Source: Acidobacteriota bacterium (lineage in GTDB: Bacteria; Acidobacteriota; UBA6911; RPQK01; JAJDTT01). From it: DNA of 64,000 bases. Below are positions 61,460 to 64,000 of this stretch, piece after piece (the stretch's first letter is position 1; every line of letters begins with the position of its first letter). Location of the stretch: the NCBI GenBank assembly GCA_965263035.1, contig OZ253580.1, forward strand, positions 1,088,001-1,152,000, written 5' to 3'. Under the pieces are notes generated by a model that saw nothing but the letters and a program-made list of their open reading frames with translations, was not told where the DNA came from and ran no database searches. Both the position numbers and the translations under genes were made by a program.

Positions 61460-63164
61460 GGCCCTTCCTCATCTCCTCGGCGATGTAGTCCGAGGTGCGC
61501 CACGCCAGAGCCGTGATGGTCAGAGTGGGATTCTTGTCGGGGTTACTGACGAAAGGAGCGGCATCGGCCACGAACAGGTTGGGCACCTCGTGGCCCTGAC
61601 AGTACTGGTTGAGGGCCGAACTCCGAGGGTCGTTCCCCATTCTAACGGTCCCCAGCTCGTGGATGATGGTGCCGGGGACTGAAATTCCCTTCCCGTCCAC
61701 TTGCGGCGACCGGTGCCCCAACACCTGCCCGCCCATGGACTCGATGAGGTCGACGAAGGTCCGCTCCATGTGCCGGGCCTGTTTCCACTCGTAGTCGCTC
61801 CATTTGAAGTGGAACCGCAGCACCGGAATACCCCATCGGTCCACCGTCACCGGGTCCGACTCGCAGTAGCTCAGATTGTTGGGGATCATCTCGCCGCGGC
61901 CCGCGAACGAGACGAAGGCTCCGTATTCTCTTCGGATCCGTCCCTTGAGTTCCCGGCCGTAGCCGCCGATCCGGCCCACCTGACCCTGGAAGCTGCCGAC
62001 TCCGGGCATTCCGAATCCGCCTCCGATCTCGATATGGTACCCGCGGGGGAAGTCCTTGTTCTTCTTGTCCCATTCCCACCACGGAGAGTAGACGTGACCG
62101 CCGCTGAATCCGTCCGTGTCGTAACGGGGCATTCCCTCCAGAGCCGGGACATACCCCTGGATTCCAAGGCCCACCGTGTCCATCAGGAACCGGCCCACGA
62201 CCCCCGAATTGTTGGACAGACCCTGGGGAAAGCGGCTGGACCGGGAATTGAGAAGCAGCCGCGTGGATTCGCAGGCGCTGGCAGCCAGCACCACGACCCG
62301 GCACCGGATCTGGCGCTCCGTGCGAGTCTTCTTGTCGATGTAGGAGACGGCCGTGACGCGACCGTTCTCGTCGCTGAGGATCTCCCTGGCCATGGCCTGG
62401 TCGAAGATCTTCAGCTTGCCCGTCTTCAGGGCGGGCAGGATCTGTACCTGGCTGGAGGCGTAATTGGAGGCGGTGATGCAACCGCGGCCGCACTGTCCGC
62501 AGTAATGGCAGGCGGCGCGTCCATTGAGGGGCCGGGTAATGACCGCTCGCCGCATGGGTATGCAGGGGAGGCCCATGCGGGTGCAGGCCTGTTTGATGAG
62601 GTGCTCGTGGGCCTTGGGGGGCGGGCAGGGTTGGAAGATGCCGTCGGGGGCGCTCCGGATGCCCTCGATGCTCCCGGTGACACCGATGAAGGACTCCGCC
62701 TTGTCGTAGTAGGGGGCCAGATCCTCGTAAGTGATGGGCCAGTCGGTGCCCAACCCGTCCATGGAGTAGGGCCGGAAATCGTAGTCGGCGAATCGTAGAG
62801 AGATCCGGCCGTAGTGGTTCGTCCGCCCACCCAGGATCCGGGAGCGAAACCAGCGGAATTCGCTGCCCGGCGCCACCGTGTAGGGTTCGCCCTCCAACTC
62901 CCAGGCACCGTTGGGTGCCCGGAAAAAGCCCCATGGCTGCTTACCGAAGTAGTGGGCACCACCCACTCCGGCGCCCCGGTGATCCACGTGATGCGGGAGC
63001 ATGTGCTCCTTGTAGTCCTTTTCGGGATCCAGCATGGGACCCGCTTCCAGGAGGGCCACCTCAATGCCCTTCCCGGTCAGGACCTGGACCGCAGTGCCGC
63101 CGCCGGCGCCGGAACCGATGACCACGACGTCGTACACCTTGGGAGTTCGAATGACTTCAAGCAC
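61452..63164 (-). CDS. GMC-family FAD oxidoreductase
   Basis: GSGAGGG, GGRTNH, HE.GT.RMG, NPTLT motifs. GTG 63164 start assumed; ATG 63182 is an alternative. Confidence 0.9.
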   Translation of the reverse strand: MLEVIRTPKVYDVVVIGSGAGGGTAVQVLTGKGIEVALLEAGPMLDPEKDYKEHMLPHHVDHRGAGVGGAHYFGKQPWGFFRAPNGAWELEGEPYTVAPGSEFRWFRSRILGGRTNHYGRISLRFADYDFRPYSMDGLGTDWPITYEDLAPYYDKAESFIGVTGSIEGIRSAPDGIFQPCPPPKAHEHLIKQACTRMGLPCIPMRRAVITRPLNGRAACHYCGQCGRGCITASNYASSQVQILPALKTGKLKIFDQAMAREILSDENGRVTAVSYIDKKTRTERQIRCRVVVLAASACESTRLLLNSRSSRFPQGLSNNSGVVGRFLMDTVGLGIQGYVPALEGMPRYDTDGFSGGHVYSPWWEWDKKNKDFPRGYHIEIGGGFGMPGVGSFQGQVGRIGGYGRELKGRIRREYGAFVSFAGRGEMIPNNLSYCESDPVTVDRWGIPVLRFHFKWSDYEWKQARHMERTFVDLIESMGGQVLGHRSPQVDGKGISVPGTIIHELGTVRMGNDPRSSALNQYCQGHEVPNLFVADAAPFVSNPDKNPTLTITALAWRTSDYIAEEMRKGHV

Positions 63165-63205
63165 GGGGCTATTCAAGCACATGCAACCGCCGATAAAAAG
63201 GGGGC

Positions 63206-63907
63206 GTGGATCGGGTCGAGTGCAGGGGATTGCGCCCCTGCACCCTCCCACACCACCGGACGTACCGTTTTCAGTATCCGGCGGTTGGAGTCACTCGAGG
63301 CTCTTTCGAGCCTCGTAAAGGGCCTTTCTTTCCGGTTTTCGCCGCCGCTGGGACTTGATCTCCGCCCTTCCGGCTTGACGGGTTCCACCCTTGGGCCTTC
63401 CGTGCCGGGTCCGAGGGGCCTCCCCCCGCCCCGTTTCCGGAGGTAGTTGCGATCCCGCTGACGAGTCCACCATAGGGCCAGTCCGACTCCTTCGGTCCTT
63501 CGCTCCACCGGCATTATCCGGCTTCTTCGCTACTATGACCTCTGCTGACTTCTCAAAGGCTCTCACCCTTGAGATCTCCCCGAGTAAGGTGCTGCATCTT
63601 TCCCCCCGGGCCGCCCGGCTCTACCTGGTACGTCTGGATGGGGTTCGGGTTTCGCTGTTGCTCGCCAGCTCACCGCCCGCACCCGGCCTCGCTGCCGGTT
63701 CGTGTTCCTGCGGTCGTGGGTTTGCCTTCCGCTTCCTTCAGCTTCACCTCGCGGCTACGCCTTGCGGTTCGGCTAGGGTTGGTCCCATCACCTCCCTTGG
63801 GATCTTTCATCCCTTAGATACAGCCCATGTCGGGCGCACGAGCGGGGGTTTGCAACCCCCGATTCCGGGTCGGTGTTGAAGAGGGGGACAAGAATGTCCC
63901 CTCCCAC
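63206..63907. repeat. Inverted REP pair (REPIN-like) with GTGG feet; the first REP is split by the intron
   Basis: Removing the intron gives GTGG|GAGCGGGGGTTTGCAACCCCCG. The second REP on the minus strand reads GTGGGAGGGGACATTCTTGTCCCC (63907-63884). Confidence 0.65.
63210..63839 (-). mobile_element. ORF-less group IIC intron, 630 nt
   Basis: Begins GTGCGCCC; contains GAGAAGTCAGCAGAGGTCATAGTA; domain V AACCGCCGGATAC-TGAAAACG-GTACGTCCGGTGG (63286-63251) with CGC triad; domain VI ends ACCCGAT; no RT ORF. Confidence 0.88.
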
Positions 63908-64000
63908 CCCCCTCCCAGAGTGCCCCTATGCTTTTCCAAGAAGCATCAAAGCAGCGATCGGGCCTCGGCCAATACCTTGCCGGCCAACTCTGCCTGGCGC

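Noticed and set aside
63291-63566. 91-aa ORF inside the intron as an intron-encoded protein
   Set aside because: No RT motifs (no YADD); it overlaps structural RNA domains.

Overview
A GC-rich bacterial chromosome segment. The gene content suggests Acidobacteriota, which is an inference only. Most of it is housekeeping genes (purL, cysK, ppdK, ino1, glyQS, recO, mgtE, pssA/psd, ddl, phoH, rpsT, holA, lptE, leuS, dcd, HU, mutM) and catabolic genes, with a dense set of mobile elements on top. (1) An IS110 element at 37872-39345 has a bridge RNA that can be decoded from the sequence: its target guides match the reconstructed insertion site ACCGACG-CT-CCCTA and its donor guides match the circle junction ATGGATA-CT-TGTCT. 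It also carries a second, unexplained structured non-coding region in its right end. (2) This IS110 is nested in the left end of an IS1182 element, which itself abuts the CTAG flank of a 159-bp MITE. An IS1634 element abuts another copy of the same MITE. (3) Two MITE families have three copies each and tend to sit on stop codons. (4) A 630-nt ORF-less group IIC intron is inserted at the GTGG foot of a REP palindrome. ppdK has a single in-frame TGA. No tRNA, rRNA or CRISPR array was seen. All family assignments come from motif recognition by eye; no database searches were run.
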